Shown here piece by piece: positions 1-9,989 of a DNA stretch of 64,000 nt (position 1 is its first letter; the number at the start of each line of letters is the position of its first letter). The position numbers and the translations under genes are program-made. A model generated the notes under the pieces. The model had not been told where the DNA came from, made no database searches, and worked only from the letters and a program-made list of their open reading frames with translations. This DNA is from Anaerolineales bacterium (GTDB lineage Bacteria; Chloroflexota; Anaerolineae; Anaerolineales; DRKV01), in assembly GCA_034429745.1 (NCBI GenBank), contig DAOUFY010000090.1, positions 3,693 to 67,692 on the forward strand, written 5' to 3'.

Positions 1-498
1 CGAGCGCGCTTGCTGCGGGAATATGGCTGGCGCGAGCGGTATATCAGTGAAATTACAGGTTGGAATAGCCGCTTGGATGAAATTCAGGCGGCTGTTTTGC
101 GCGTGAAATTAAAATATTTGGATGATGACAACGCTCGACGTGTGCACTTAGCTGAGATATATGCCCGCGAGCTGCAGGACTATCCTGACTTGCTGCCGAA
201 AACTCGAGAAGGTGCTTACCACGTGTTTCACCTTTATGTGATCCGTGCGCCTCGCCGCGATGAACTGCAAACTTTCTTGACTCAGAGAGGGATAGGCTGT
301 TTGGTGCATTATCCGCAGCCAATCCATCTGCAGCCGGCGTATCTAAATCGTCTCAAAGGGTCGGAGCTTTTACCGCAAACTGAAAGAGCAGCCCGCGAGG
401 TACTTTCCCTGCCAATGTACCCCGAATTGGAGCCTCAGTCTGTGCTGCAGGTTTGTGAGGCAGTCCGAGAGTTCTTAAGCGGGGTAGGGGTGAAGTGA
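1..498 (+). CDS. DegT/DnrJ/EryC1/StrS-family PLP-dependent sugar aminotransferase, C-terminal part (5' end lies outside the window)
   Basis: The frame is open from nt 1. The translation ...WNSRLDEIQAAVLRVKLKYLD...YHVFHLYVIRAP...LVHYPQPIHLQPAY...LSLPMYPEL matches the conserved C-terminal half of DegT-type aminotransferases. The Met at nt 10 is probably internal. Confidence 0.8.
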   Translation, partial: RARLLREYGWRERYISEITGWNSRLDEIQAAVLRVKLKYLDDDNARRVHLAEIYARELQDYPDLLPKTREGAYHVFHLYVIRAPRRDELQTFLTQRGIGCLVHYPQPIHLQPAYLNRLKGSELLPQTERAAREVLSLPMYPELEPQSVLQVCEAVREFLSGVGVK

Positions 499-805
499 TC
501 GCAATAAAACCATTTCCTCCTTTATCAAAAGTTGCAAAGAAATGTCTTCAAACGTTTGCCGAAGTGGATCTTAATTATTTGTTTTCATTGGGGCATTAGG
601 CTTTAGTTCTTATTGCTATCACTTAACGATTGCTTTCGATCAACAAAACGTTCTGCTCCAATGCATGGGCTGGAGTACAGGTCAGGTGGTTGGATTTTTT
701 GAATGCCATGTTGAGAGCAAGATAGTCTCATCGGTGGTGCAGGGATCATCCCTTGAATTTTCGGAATATTTATAATGATGTGTAACTAAAAAAGAGGTGA
801 ACCCA

Positions 806-1468
806 ATGAATAAGGAAAATAACCTTGAGGTTTCGGTGAATGTTTTTGTTCAAGCGCGGATGAGCTCTCAACGGTTTCCTGGTAAAGTGCTTGCACCATT
901 AAGAGGGAAACCAATTTTATTGCATGTACTGGAACGGATCATGCACGTGCTACCAAAGGAGAAAATTATCGTGCTGACCAGCGAACTTACCTCCGATGAT
1001 CCGCTTGCCTGCTATGCTGAATGGCTGGGGTTTAAGGTGTTTCGCGGTAATTTGAATGATGTTTTTTCACGTTTTAGAGCATGTTTGCAGCATTACCCGT
1101 GTGAATGGTTTTTTAGAATCAGTGCTGATAGCCCAGTGCTGGATGTTACTGTGATGAAACGCATGTTGAAGTATATACAAACACCTGCGTTTGATATTAT
1201 TACCAATGTATTTCCGCGTACTTATCCGCGGGGACAAAGTGCAGAGTTGATATGGGCATCCCGTTTTCTCCAAATAAACCCTAATCAGCTATCGGATGAA
1301 GAAAAAGAACATGTAACGAAAGTCTATTATCATCACCCACAGGATTTTCGTATTCTTAACCTTGAGGCAGAAAATCCGATAACAGATTATCCGCATTTAG
1401 CCATAGATACCATCGAAGACCTGCAATTTGTTGAGCAGTGGTTATGCTCTGAAGAGGCAAAAGTTTGA
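806..1468 (+). CDS. SpsF/FlmC-type cytidylyltransferase (CMP-sugar forming, acylneuraminate cytidylyltransferase superfamily)
   Basis: The N-terminal motif VFVQARMSSQRFPGKVL..L.GKPIL is typical of SpsF-like cytidylyltransferases. AGAGGTG precedes the ATG at 806, and the ORF track starts at a GTG at 797. Confidence 0.7.
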   Translation: MNKENNLEVSVNVFVQARMSSQRFPGKVLAPLRGKPILLHVLERIMHVLPKEKIIVLTSELTSDDPLACYAEWLGFKVFRGNLNDVFSRFRACLQHYPCEWFFRISADSPVLDVTVMKRMLKYIQTPAFDIITNVFPRTYPRGQSAELIWASRFLQINPNQLSDEEKEHVTKVYYHHPQDFRILNLEAENPITDYPHLAIDTIEDLQFVEQWLCSEEAKV

Positions 1469-2499
1469 GCAAGAGTGGTATTCATTCTCAGACCAAACAA
1501 GTTGGTGCTGCCGTCATTGGTTTAGGAGTGGGCGAGCAGCATGCCCGTATGCTAGCTAGCTTGCCTTCTTGCGGACTGTTGTGGCTGTTTGATATTGATC
1601 ACTTGAAAGTGGAACGAGCCTTAACGTCCATTGGACAAGGTAAAGCTGCAGCAAGCTACGAACAGATTCTCAATGATGAGCGGGTAAATTTGGTAGTGAT
1701 TGCCAGTTATGACGATGCTCATTATGAACAAACAGTTGCAGCTTTAGAAGCAGGAAAACATGTCTTTGTTGAGAAACCGCTTTGCCGCAGCATAACAGAA
1801 CTGCAAGTGATCAAAGATAAATGGTTGCAGCAGAAAGGCAAGGTTCAGCTTACCTCAAATTTGGTTTTGCGCGCTGCCCCTTTATATCAATGGTTGGAAA
1901 AACAACTCGTTAAAGGGAATCTGGGTGTACCTTATGCGTTGGATGGTGAGTACCTTTATGGCAGATTGGAAAAGATTACCCGAGGCTGGCGCAAGGATGT
2001 GGCGGAATATTCTGTGATGTTTGGGGGAGGAATTCATTTGGTGGATTTGATGCTTTGGCTGTTAAAGGACAGACCACAAACCGTGTTTGCTAGAGGCAAT
2101 CGGATATGCACAGAAGGAACGGAGTTTCGTTACCCCGATTTTATAACGTCAGTGATGACTTTTCCTAACGGTTGTATTAGCCGAATAACCGCAAATTTTG
2201 GTTGTGTGCATCGTCATCAGCACGTATTACGCATTTATGGTACGCAAGCTACATTTATGTATGATGATGCCGGCGCGCGCTGGCATTTTACTCGCGACGA
2301 AAATGTTTCTGCTAGCCCTATCACTGCTTCACCTTTGCCGGCACATAAGGGCGAGCTGCTCCCCATTTTTATAGAAGCTATTATTGACCAACAAGATTTG
2401 ACAACTCATACTCAGCAAATGTTTGATGCCATCAGTGTTTGCGCAGCTAGTGATGAAGCTGTACGAACTCAACGTGTTGTGGAGGTTAAATACGTATGA
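1465..2499 (+). CDS. Gfo/Idh/MocA-family NAD(P)-dependent sugar oxidoreductase
   Basis: There is an N-terminal Rossmann motif (VGAAVIGLGVGEQH) and an EKPL motif (HVFVEKPLCRS). The TTG start overlaps the upstream stop (TTGA). Confidence 0.75.
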   Translation: MSKSGIHSQTKQVGAAVIGLGVGEQHARMLASLPSCGLLWLFDIDHLKVERALTSIGQGKAAASYEQILNDERVNLVVIASYDDAHYEQTVAALEAGKHVFVEKPLCRSITELQVIKDKWLQQKGKVQLTSNLVLRAAPLYQWLEKQLVKGNLGVPYALDGEYLYGRLEKITRGWRKDVAEYSVMFGGGIHLVDLMLWLLKDRPQTVFARGNRICTEGTEFRYPDFITSVMTFPNGCISRITANFGCVHRHQHVLRIYGTQATFMYDDAGARWHFTRDENVSASPITASPLPAHKGELLPIFIEAIIDQQDLTTHTQQMFDAISVCAASDEAVRTQRVVEVKYV

Positions 2500-3668
2500 A
2501 CGAAACGCGCCATATCCCTTTTGGCAAGCCTTGGATTACTGATGAAGACAGGCAGGCGGTAATGGAAGTTCTCCAAGGGTCGATTCTGACCCATGGACCT
2601 CAAGGCAAGTTATTTGAGGAAGAGTTTGCAGTTTTCATTGAAGGCGAGAACCAAACCACTGAAGCCTATTGTGTAACGGTCAGTTCAGGAATGGCTGCCT
2701 TGCATATGGCTTATTGGCAGTTAGGGATAGGAACCGGCGATGAGGTGATCGTAACGGCACAAACGCACAATGCTACAGCCCATGCTATAGAGATATTGGG
2801 TGCAAAGCCGGTATTTATAGACTGTCGTCTGGATACTGGAAATATTGATGTACAGCAGATCGAACAAGCCATAACGCCGCGCACAAAAGCTATAAGTCTG
2901 GTTCACTTTATCGGCATACCTTGTGAGATGGATGGTATTCTTGATATAGCCCAACGGCATGGGCTCAAAGTCATTGAGGATTGTGCTATTGCGCTTGGTG
3001 CCCGCTTTCGCGGTGTACATGTTGGCTTGTTGGGGGATGCAGGATGCTTTTCCTTTTACCCTGTTAAGCATATTACCAGCGGAGAGGGCGGCATGTTCAT
3101 TACAAGGCACGTCAACCTTGCTCAGCGGGTGGCGCATGGGCGCGCCTTTGGTGTGGATCGGACGCATGCGGAGCGAGCCATACCTGGCTTTTACGATGTT
3201 ACTGCCGTGGGCTTGAATTACCGGATGAGTGAAATGCAGGCGGCGTTGGGCAGGCAGCAGCTTAAGCGCATTGATGAAATTCTTGCCCGGCGCAAAGCAA
3301 ACTTCAGTTTATTGAAAACTTTATTAAGTGAACTTGATGAAATCACTATTCTGGATTCGGTAACTGAGCAGCAGCAAAGCAGCCATTATTGCCTTAGTCT
3401 GCTATTGAAAGGCGACTTGGGAAAGAAACGCAATGAAATAGTCTTGGAACTCAATCGGGCAGGGGTTGGAACAAGCATTTACTATCCTCACCCTGTTCCA
3501 TTGCTCACTTACTATCGTCAGAAGTATGGTTATCGCGAACAAGATTTTCCAAATGCGCTGACAATAAGTGATACCTCAATTGCTTTACCGGTAGCGCCCC
3601 ACGTAAGCGAAGAGGATATTCGGTATATGGCTGCGCACTTGAAACAAATTATTTGGGAGGTGAAATAA
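2496..3668 (+). CDS. DegT/DnrJ/EryC1/StrS-family PLP-dependent sugar aminotransferase (PseC/LegC-like)
   Basis: This is a full-length 390-aa protein. It starts IPFGKPWITDEDRQAVMEVLQGSILTHGP and has FSFYPVKHITSGEGGM around the PLP lysine. It overlaps the upstream gene by ATGA. Confidence 0.85.
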   Translation: MNETRHIPFGKPWITDEDRQAVMEVLQGSILTHGPQGKLFEEEFAVFIEGENQTTEAYCVTVSSGMAALHMAYWQLGIGTGDEVIVTAQTHNATAHAIEILGAKPVFIDCRLDTGNIDVQQIEQAITPRTKAISLVHFIGIPCEMDGILDIAQRHGLKVIEDCAIALGARFRGVHVGLLGDAGCFSFYPVKHITSGEGGMFITRHVNLAQRVAHGRAFGVDRTHAERAIPGFYDVTAVGLNYRMSEMQAALGRQQLKRIDEILARRKANFSLLKTLLSELDEITILDSVTEQQQSSHYCLSLLLKGDLGKKRNEIVLELNRAGVGTSIYYPHPVPLLTYYRQKYGYREQDFPNALTISDTSIALPVAPHVSEEDIRYMAAHLKQIIWEVK

Positions 3669-4714
3669 TGGCTTATCCCATTGCTGGAAGGAGAATTGCG
3701 CTGATTGGTGGTGCAGGATTTATTGGACATCATTTGGCATTGGCGTTAGCGAAAGCCAAGGCTGAAGTACATGTTGTTGATGGCTTAGAAGTGAATAATT
3801 TTCTTGCTTTTGCCGCAACAACGAAAGATATTCCCAGCCGCGATTTGTATTTACGGATCATCAATCAGCGGCTGGATTTGCTCAAGCAGGCCGGAGTTCC
3901 GCTGCATGTGCAGGACGCGCGCGATTATCACATGCTGAGCAAAGTGTTGGGGCAAATACGCCCTCAAGTGATCGTTCATCTTGCTGCGGTTGCTCATGCT
4001 GGCCGGGCAAATAAAGATCCTTACAGCACCTTTGATCACAGTTTGCGCACTTTAGAAAATGCTTTAGATAATGCGCAAAATAATGTGGAGCACTTTGTTT
4101 ATTTTTCTTCCAGCATGGTATATGGAGACTTTTTAACTCCAGAAGTTGATGAGGAACATCCTCTTAACCCGATTGGGATCTATGGTGCGTTGAAAGTAGC
4201 CGGGGAAAAAATGGTTATTGCTTACCATCAGGTTTATGGTCTGCCTTATACCATTGTGCGTCCTTCGGCATTGTACGGTCCACGATGTGTTAGTCGTCGT
4301 GTTGGGCAGATCTTTATTGAAAGCGCTCTCGAGGGAAATACTCTGCGAGTAGATGGGGATGGCAATGAAAAGCTCGATTTTACTTATATTGATGACTTAG
4401 TCAGTGGAATATTATTAATTCTTGAAAAAGAGGAAGCTCGCAATCAGATTTTTAACCTCACTTATGGGCAATCGCGCAGTATCAATGAGTTGGTAGCTAT
4501 TATTCAACAGCATTTTCACGAATCTAAAGTTACTTATGTAGAAAGAGATCGGCTGATGCCCCATCGCGGTACATTAAGCATTGAAAAAGCGAAACGGTTG
4601 TTGGGTTATGCGCCGCAAAATCCAATTGAGGTTGGTTTTCCCAAGTATATACAGTGGTATAAGGAACTTGATCCGAGCGGCCGGTTTTGGATAGACATTA
4701 AAATCAATCAATAA
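3668..4714 (+). CDS. NAD-dependent epimerase/dehydratase (extended SDR)
   Basis: It has a GGAGFIGHHL Rossmann motif and YGALK (YxxxK). GGGAGGTG precedes the ATG at 3668, and the ORF track start at 3653 is probably too early. Confidence 0.8.
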   Translation: MAYPIAGRRIALIGGAGFIGHHLALALAKAKAEVHVVDGLEVNNFLAFAATTKDIPSRDLYLRIINQRLDLLKQAGVPLHVQDARDYHMLSKVLGQIRPQVIVHLAAVAHAGRANKDPYSTFDHSLRTLENALDNAQNNVEHFVYFSSSMVYGDFLTPEVDEEHPLNPIGIYGALKVAGEKMVIAYHQVYGLPYTIVRPSALYGPRCVSRRVGQIFIESALEGNTLRVDGDGNEKLDFTYIDDLVSGILLILEKEEARNQIFNLTYGQSRSINELVAIIQQHFHESKVTYVERDRLMPHRGTLSIEKAKRLLGYAPQNPIEVGFPKYIQWYKELDPSGRFWIDIKINQ

Positions 4715-5469
4715 TGGTTATGAGTGAATTTCTTCAGAAAGATGAATGGTTGTCTGACGTGCTGGAGCGGCAGACATTTAAGCTCACTGTAAAGGAAGAG
4801 CTTCTTGCAGTTTGGCAAGGTTGGAAAAGCGAAATGCGGCTTAGTCAATGGCAGGTTAGTTTGCCAGCATATTCTTTTGTTTATACAAAAATACCAGCAC
4901 TTGCTGTGCATACTGCAAAAATACTGCAAGAGCTGGGTTTTTTCTTGGTGGATACCCAAGTAAGCTTTGAAAAAACCATTTCTGCTCAAAACCTCTCAGC
5001 TCCAGCAAGCGTAGAGGTGCGGTTGGCTCAGCCGAACGATGAACAAGGAGCATGCTCGCTAGCTGCTAGCGCGTTTCGTTATTCTCGCTTTCACCTAGAC
5101 CCTTTGATTCCTCGTCAGCTCGCTGACCGGGTGAAAGCGGAATGGGTAACAAACTATTTTCGCGGAAAACGCGGGGATGCTTTAGTCGTTGCTCTTTATG
5201 AAAAAAAGGTTGTTGGTTTTTTGCAGTTGCTGTTTAATGAAATTAATAAAGAGGTAGTGATTGATTTAATTGCAGTTGATGAAAGCCTGCGCGGTAAGGG
5301 TATTGCCGCGGCAATGATCTATTATGCAGAGCATAGTTTTTCATCTTATCAGCAAATGGTTGTAGGTACTCAAATTGCCAATACTCCATCGGTTCGGCTG
5401 TATGAAAAATTGGGTTTCCGGCTGCGTTCGGCGCATTATGTTTATCATTATCATCATCAATTACCGTGA
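4714..5469 (+). CDS. GNAT-family N-acetyltransferase (amino-sugar N-acetyltransferase, WecD/PseH-like role)
   Basis: The C-terminal GNAT core is VIDLIAVDESLRGKGIAAAMIYYAE...RLYEKLGF. The start overlaps the upstream stop (TAATG). Confidence 0.7.
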   Translation: MVMSEFLQKDEWLSDVLERQTFKLTVKEELLAVWQGWKSEMRLSQWQVSLPAYSFVYTKIPALAVHTAKILQELGFFLVDTQVSFEKTISAQNLSAPASVEVRLAQPNDEQGACSLAASAFRYSRFHLDPLIPRQLADRVKAEWVTNYFRGKRGDALVVALYEKKVVGFLQLLFNEINKEVVIDLIAVDESLRGKGIAAAMIYYAEHSFSSYQQMVVGTQIANTPSVRLYEKLGFRLRSAHYVYHYHHQLP

Positions 5470-5489
5470 GTTAGAGTTTTGGAGAATAG

Positions 5490-6500
5490 ATGGACAACAA
5501 TCACATAATTTCTTCCAATAAAACCATGATTGTGGCTGAAATCGGTAACAACCACGAAGGGGATTTTGCGTGTGCCCAACAGCTAGTGCGCGAAGCAGCA
5601 GCTTGCGGGGTGGACGCGGTGAAGTTCCAGGTGTTTAGAAGTGAGCATTATGTTAGCCAAAAAGATACAGCACGTTTCCAGCGTTTGAAGTCGTTTGAGT
5701 TATCCTATGCTCAATTTGAGCAGTTGGCGCAGTTAGCTCACTCATTGAACGTGCTGTTTATTGCAACACCATTTGATTTGGTGAGTGCAGAATTTTTAAT
5801 GCACACTGCAGATTATATAAAAGTAGCTTCTGGCGATAATAATTTTTATCCAATGCTGCGCAAGCTGACTGAGGCAGACAAGCCGTTGATTATCTCTACT
5901 GGTGTAAGCGACGAAGTGCAGGTAGGACAGACAGTGGATTTCATTAGGAGTTGTTGGCTAAAACAGGGTAAACATGGGAGCTTGGTTTTATTACATTGTG
6001 TAAGCGCATATCCCGCACCGCTTTCTCAAGTTAACCTGCGCTCTATTCCTTTCTTAGCCCAAAGATTTGGGCTACCCGTGGGCTATTCTGACCATACCTT
6101 AGGCATAGAAGCCTCTCTGCTGGCAGCCGCTTTGGGAGCTGTAATGATTGAAAAACATTTTACATTGGATAAAAATTTTTCGGAATTTCATGACCATCAG
6201 CTTTCAGCTGAACCAGCTGAGATGAGGCGGTTAGTCGAATGTGTTAGGGAACTGCCAAAAATGTTAGGTGAATTCAATAAAAAAATTCAACCCTGTGAAG
6301 AACCTATGCTGCCAGCTATTCGACGTTCTATCGCAGCCGCCAAAGACTTGGCCGTTGGGCAAAAAATCAGCGAAGAAGACCTAACTTGGATTAGGCCTGC
6401 TGTTGGTTTAGCGCCGGGGAGTGAGCACCTGATTGTAGGGAAAACCTTAAAGCGTTCCATAGGTTTTGGAGAATTAATACTCGAAAAAGATTGTGAGTGA
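5490..6500 (+). CDS. NeuB-family nonulosonic acid synthase (N-acetylneuraminate/pseudaminate/legionaminate synthase type) with a C-terminal SAF domain
   Basis: It has the NeuB signatures IVAEIGNNHEGDF..A..L...A...G.DAVKFQ and YSDHTLG. The C-terminal tail (RSIAAAKDLAVGQKISEEDLTWIRP) is SAF-like. Confidence 0.88.
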   Translation: MDNNHIISSNKTMIVAEIGNNHEGDFACAQQLVREAAACGVDAVKFQVFRSEHYVSQKDTARFQRLKSFELSYAQFEQLAQLAHSLNVLFIATPFDLVSAEFLMHTADYIKVASGDNNFYPMLRKLTEADKPLIISTGVSDEVQVGQTVDFIRSCWLKQGKHGSLVLLHCVSAYPAPLSQVNLRSIPFLAQRFGLPVGYSDHTLGIEASLLAAALGAVMIEKHFTLDKNFSEFHDHQLSAEPAEMRRLVECVRELPKMLGEFNKKIQPCEEPMLPAIRRSIAAAKDLAVGQKISEEDLTWIRPAVGLAPGSEHLIVGKTLKRSIGFGELILEKDCE

Positions 6501-6506
6501 TAACAG

Positions 6507-7217
6507 ATGCGTACCGTCTTGCTAACTACCGATACTCCTCATCATACCTTTTTCGCTTGGAAGATTCATGAGGTGTTCCCATGGGAAGCCATTGTGTTAG
6601 AGAGTCGTGTTTTGCGACCGCCATTTAACATTTTTCATCCTTTTGAGCAACAGCGAGATGAATATGAAAAAAGCGAGCTGCTTAAGAACTTTAAAGGAGA
6701 CATAACACAACTTGCGAACTCCTTAACCGCGGCAAGTGTTAATGACCCCGAATGCGTGGAATATCTGAAGTCAATTAATCCTGATGTAATCATTGTTTTT
6801 GGAACAGGAAAAATTAATTCAAGTTTGATACAAATTCCTCGGCTAGGTTGCCTGAACCTACATGGTGGTGATCCCGAAAGATATCGAGGTTTGGATACAC
6901 ACTTATGGGCAATTTATCATCAGGAATTTGACCAACTGATTACAACATTGCATTACATTGATGAAACATTAGATACAGGTGATGTGGTGTTCAAAGCAAC
7001 GTTGCCTATAAGCCGTGGACTTCAACTACATCAACTCAGAGCTGTGAACACTCAAGTATGCGTTAAGTTATCATTATTAGCTTTAATGGGCTTGCATAAA
7101 AATGAGTGGCTGCCTTCGATGAAGCAGTTGCAGATTGGACGTTATTATTCCTTTATGCCGGCTGAACTTAAAGAGATTTGTTTGAAACGGTTTAACAAAT
7201 TTACGCAAGGGTTATAA
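6507..7217 (+). CDS. Formyltransferase-domain protein (Fmt/ArnA N-terminal-like)
   Basis: The LNLHGGDPERYRGLDTHLWAI segment resembles the formyltransferase N.H.SLLP.YRG catalytic segment, and VIIVFGTGKI precedes it. Confidence 0.6.
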   Translation: MRTVLLTTDTPHHTFFAWKIHEVFPWEAIVLESRVLRPPFNIFHPFEQQRDEYEKSELLKNFKGDITQLANSLTAASVNDPECVEYLKSINPDVIIVFGTGKINSSLIQIPRLGCLNLHGGDPERYRGLDTHLWAIYHQEFDQLITTLHYIDETLDTGDVVFKATLPISRGLQLHQLRAVNTQVCVKLSLLALMGLHKNEWLPSMKQLQIGRYYSFMPAELKEICLKRFNKFTQGL

Positions 7218-7240
7218 AGGTCGAGGAAAGCGTTTATATC

Positions 7241-8152
7241 ATGAATGAAGAAGTAACCAAATGGCTTAAGGAAGATAAAGGTTTTGTGATTTTTTTATTT
7301 CATGGTGTTATCCGTGAGCAAAAGTATAAAGTAAGAAATTATACCTGCAAGCATATGCTGCTTGAACGATTTATAGATGTTCTGACTTGTTTGCGGAGAC
7401 ACGGGAATCCGATTTCTCTTCCTCAGATTGTAGCGGCAACAGAACAAAATGAGACTCTGCCAGAGCGTGCCTTTGCTATTACGTTTGATGATGGTTTTGC
7501 AAACAATGAGCGTTTGGCTGCTCCCCTGCTAGTGGATTTTGGCTTTCCGGCTACTTTTTATTTAACCACATCGTTTATCTCTTCTCAGGAGAGCTCTTGG
7601 ATTGATAAAATTGAATATGCTTTTGAAGTTGTTCCCCATATCAAGCTGAACCTTTCTCGTTGGGGAGTGGAAGCAACCTTAACGAACCCTCAAGAAAAGA
7701 TAAATTTTTTGGATAAGTTAAGGGGGTGGGTGAAAAATGATCCCACCATTAATCCTGATGAGGTAGTTGATGATATTTGGAGACAAGTGGGAATTAAACA
7801 GTGGGAACCTGATGAAGAGTTAGATAAGAAAATGACATGGAAAGAGGTACAAAAACTAGCTCAGGAGGAGTTGTTTACGATTGGTGGCCACAGTCATACA
7901 CATCGAATTTTATCTTTTCTCCCTCAATCTCAATTAGAAGTGGAAATTACGACAAGTTTGACTCTTTTAAAAACTCATTTAGGAAAGGATATCATTCATT
8001 ACTCTTATCCAGAAGGAATGGCGCATTGTTATTCTGAGTTAGTGATCCAAACTTTAAAGCAAAATGGCGTTGTTTGTTCGCCGACGGCGATCGCAGGAAA
8101 AAATGTTGTGGGTGATGATTTATTTCACCTAAAACGGGTAATGTTGAATTGA
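7241..8152 (+). CDS. Polysaccharide deacetylase (NodB homology, CE4) family protein
   Basis: It has NodB motif 1 (FAITFDDGFANN) and a later His cluster (GGHSHTHR). Confidence 0.75.
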   Translation: MNEEVTKWLKEDKGFVIFLFHGVIREQKYKVRNYTCKHMLLERFIDVLTCLRRHGNPISLPQIVAATEQNETLPERAFAITFDDGFANNERLAAPLLVDFGFPATFYLTTSFISSQESSWIDKIEYAFEVVPHIKLNLSRWGVEATLTNPQEKINFLDKLRGWVKNDPTINPDEVVDDIWRQVGIKQWEPDEELDKKMTWKEVQKLAQEELFTIGGHSHTHRILSFLPQSQLEVEITTSLTLLKTHLGKDIIHYSYPEGMAHCYSELVIQTLKQNGVVCSPTAIAGKNVVGDDLFHLKRVMLN

Positions 8153-8159
8153 AATAATT

Positions 8160-9989
8160 ATGTGTGGAATTGCAGGATACATAGGTACGCGTCAGTTTTC
8201 TCATGAGGTAATTCAGCATTGTCTGCGTCTGATGCACCATCGCGGACCTGATCACGCGGCGTATTACACGACATCTTTTTCTCCGCAGTGCCACGTAACT
8301 TTGTTGAATACCCGCCTTAGTATTATTGATCTAGATGAGCGCTCTAATCCACCTTTCCGCATTGGCTCAAAAGTTATGGTCTATAACGGAGAATTGTATA
8401 ACTATCTAGAATTACGCAGCAAAATGGAAAAAGAAGTGGACTTTCGCACCCAATCCGATACTGAAGTGCTGCTGCAAACGATTATACAACATGGCTGGCA
8501 GGGTCTAGATGCTTGTGAAGGTATGTGGGCATTTGCTGTATTTGATGAAAAAGATGGTTCGCTTTTGTTGAGCCGTGATCGTTTTGGAGAAAAACCACTT
8601 TATTTGTATCGAGATGCCTCAGGAATGTATTTTGCTTCGGAGGTGAAATTCATCTTTGCTTTATTGGGGCATTCTCTGCCAATCAACACATCTCATCTTT
8701 ATCGCTATTTGATGAATGGCTACAAGGCATTAAATAAAGTGAAGGAAACTTTTTTTATAGGAATAGAGGAACTGCCGCCGGCATATGTCAGCTTGATTGA
8801 TGCTGAAGGCAACGAGAAACGTTGGCGGTATTGGCAGCCTTCATATCAGCAAGACGATAGCATGTCATTAGAGGAAGCTATTGATAAGGCAAAACAAGCC
8901 TTGCTGCGAGCGGTGCAGCTGCGTTTGCGAGCGGATGTACCATTAGCTTTTTGTTTGAGCGGAGGTATCGATTCAAATACGCTAATCAGTATTGCTAAGC
9001 GGGTATTTAATTATGATGTCCATGGGTTTACGATTGTGAACACGGATAAACGCTATGAAGAACAGGAAATGGTTCAGACTAGTGTACGAGAATTAGGCAT
9101 CCGGCATACTCAAATCTCAGCTGATACGCGGGAATTCTTGCCAAAGCTGCGGCAGCTGGTACGGCAGCATGATGGTCCGGTCTATACTATTAACTATTAT
9201 GCTCATTGGCTATTGATGCAAAGTGTTGCTGCCCACGGTTATAAAATTTCCTTAAGCGGTACAGGAGCAGATGAACTTTTCAGTGGTTATTATGACCATC
9301 ATCTGTTTTATCTTTATGAGGTCCGGAATAATCCTGTTCTTTTTCAACAATCACTAGAACTGTGGCGGAAAAATATTTTGCCTTATGTTCAAAATCCATT
9401 CCTTAAAAATCCTTTTGTGTTCATAGAGAATCCACAGTTTCGCGATCACATCTATTTGGATTCACAGGTTTTTGCTTCTTATTTGCATAAGCCTTGGCAG
9501 GAGACATTTGTGGAAGAAAAGTACAGCGAAAGCCTAATGCGCAATCGTATGTTGAATGAAGTATTTCATGAGGCGGTGCCGGTTTTGCTTCATCAGGATG
9601 ATCACAATGCTATGGCATGTTCTATAGAAAACCGATCGCCATTTTTGGACCGCCAATTGTTTGAGATAAGTATGACAATTCCTACCCGCTATTTGATTGG
9701 CGAGGGCAAGGCGAAGTACATCCTGCGGCAGGCTATGAGGGGGATTGTGCCTCAGGCTATTTTAGACAACCCGCGTAAAGTGGGTTTCAATGCACCGATT
9801 TTTTCTTACTTGGATGTAAAAGATGAGGCAGTAAAAAATGAGGTGCTTAGTCAAAGTCCGATTTATGATCATGTGAGGCGAGAGAAAATTCAGCTTTTGA
9901 TGGAAAAGCCGTATTTAGAGAATCATGAAAGCAAGTTTTTGTTTTCTTTTCTAACAAGCAAAATGTTTTTAGAGGAGTTAGGGCGATGA
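8160..9989 (+). CDS. asnB: Asparagine synthase (glutamine-hydrolysing) family amidotransferase
   Basis: It has an N-terminal nucleophile (MCGIAGY) and a PP-loop (SGGIDS, nt 8958-8975). At 609 aa, its size and layout fit AsnB-type enzymes. Confidence 0.85.
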   Translation: MCGIAGYIGTRQFSHEVIQHCLRLMHHRGPDHAAYYTTSFSPQCHVTLLNTRLSIIDLDERSNPPFRIGSKVMVYNGELYNYLELRSKMEKEVDFRTQSDTEVLLQTIIQHGWQGLDACEGMWAFAVFDEKDGSLLLSRDRFGEKPLYLYRDASGMYFASEVKFIFALLGHSLPINTSHLYRYLMNGYKALNKVKETFFIGIEELPPAYVSLIDAEGNEKRWRYWQPSYQQDDSMSLEEAIDKAKQALLRAVQLRLRADVPLAFCLSGGIDSNTLISIAKRVFNYDVHGFTIVNTDKRYEEQEMVQTSVRELGIRHTQISADTREFLPKLRQLVRQHDGPVYTINYYAHWLLMQSVAAHGYKISLSGTGADELFSGYYDHHLFYLYEVRNNPVLFQQSLELWRKNILPYVQNPFLKNPFVFIENPQFRDHIYLDSQVFASYLHKPWQETFVEEKYSESLMRNRMLNEVFHEAVPVLLHQDDHNAMACSIENRSPFLDRQLFEISMTIPTRYLIGEGKAKYILRQAMRGIVPQAILDNPRKVGFNAPIFSYLDVKDEAVKNEVLSQSPIYDHVRREKIQLLMEKPYLENHESKFLFSFLTSKMFLEELGR

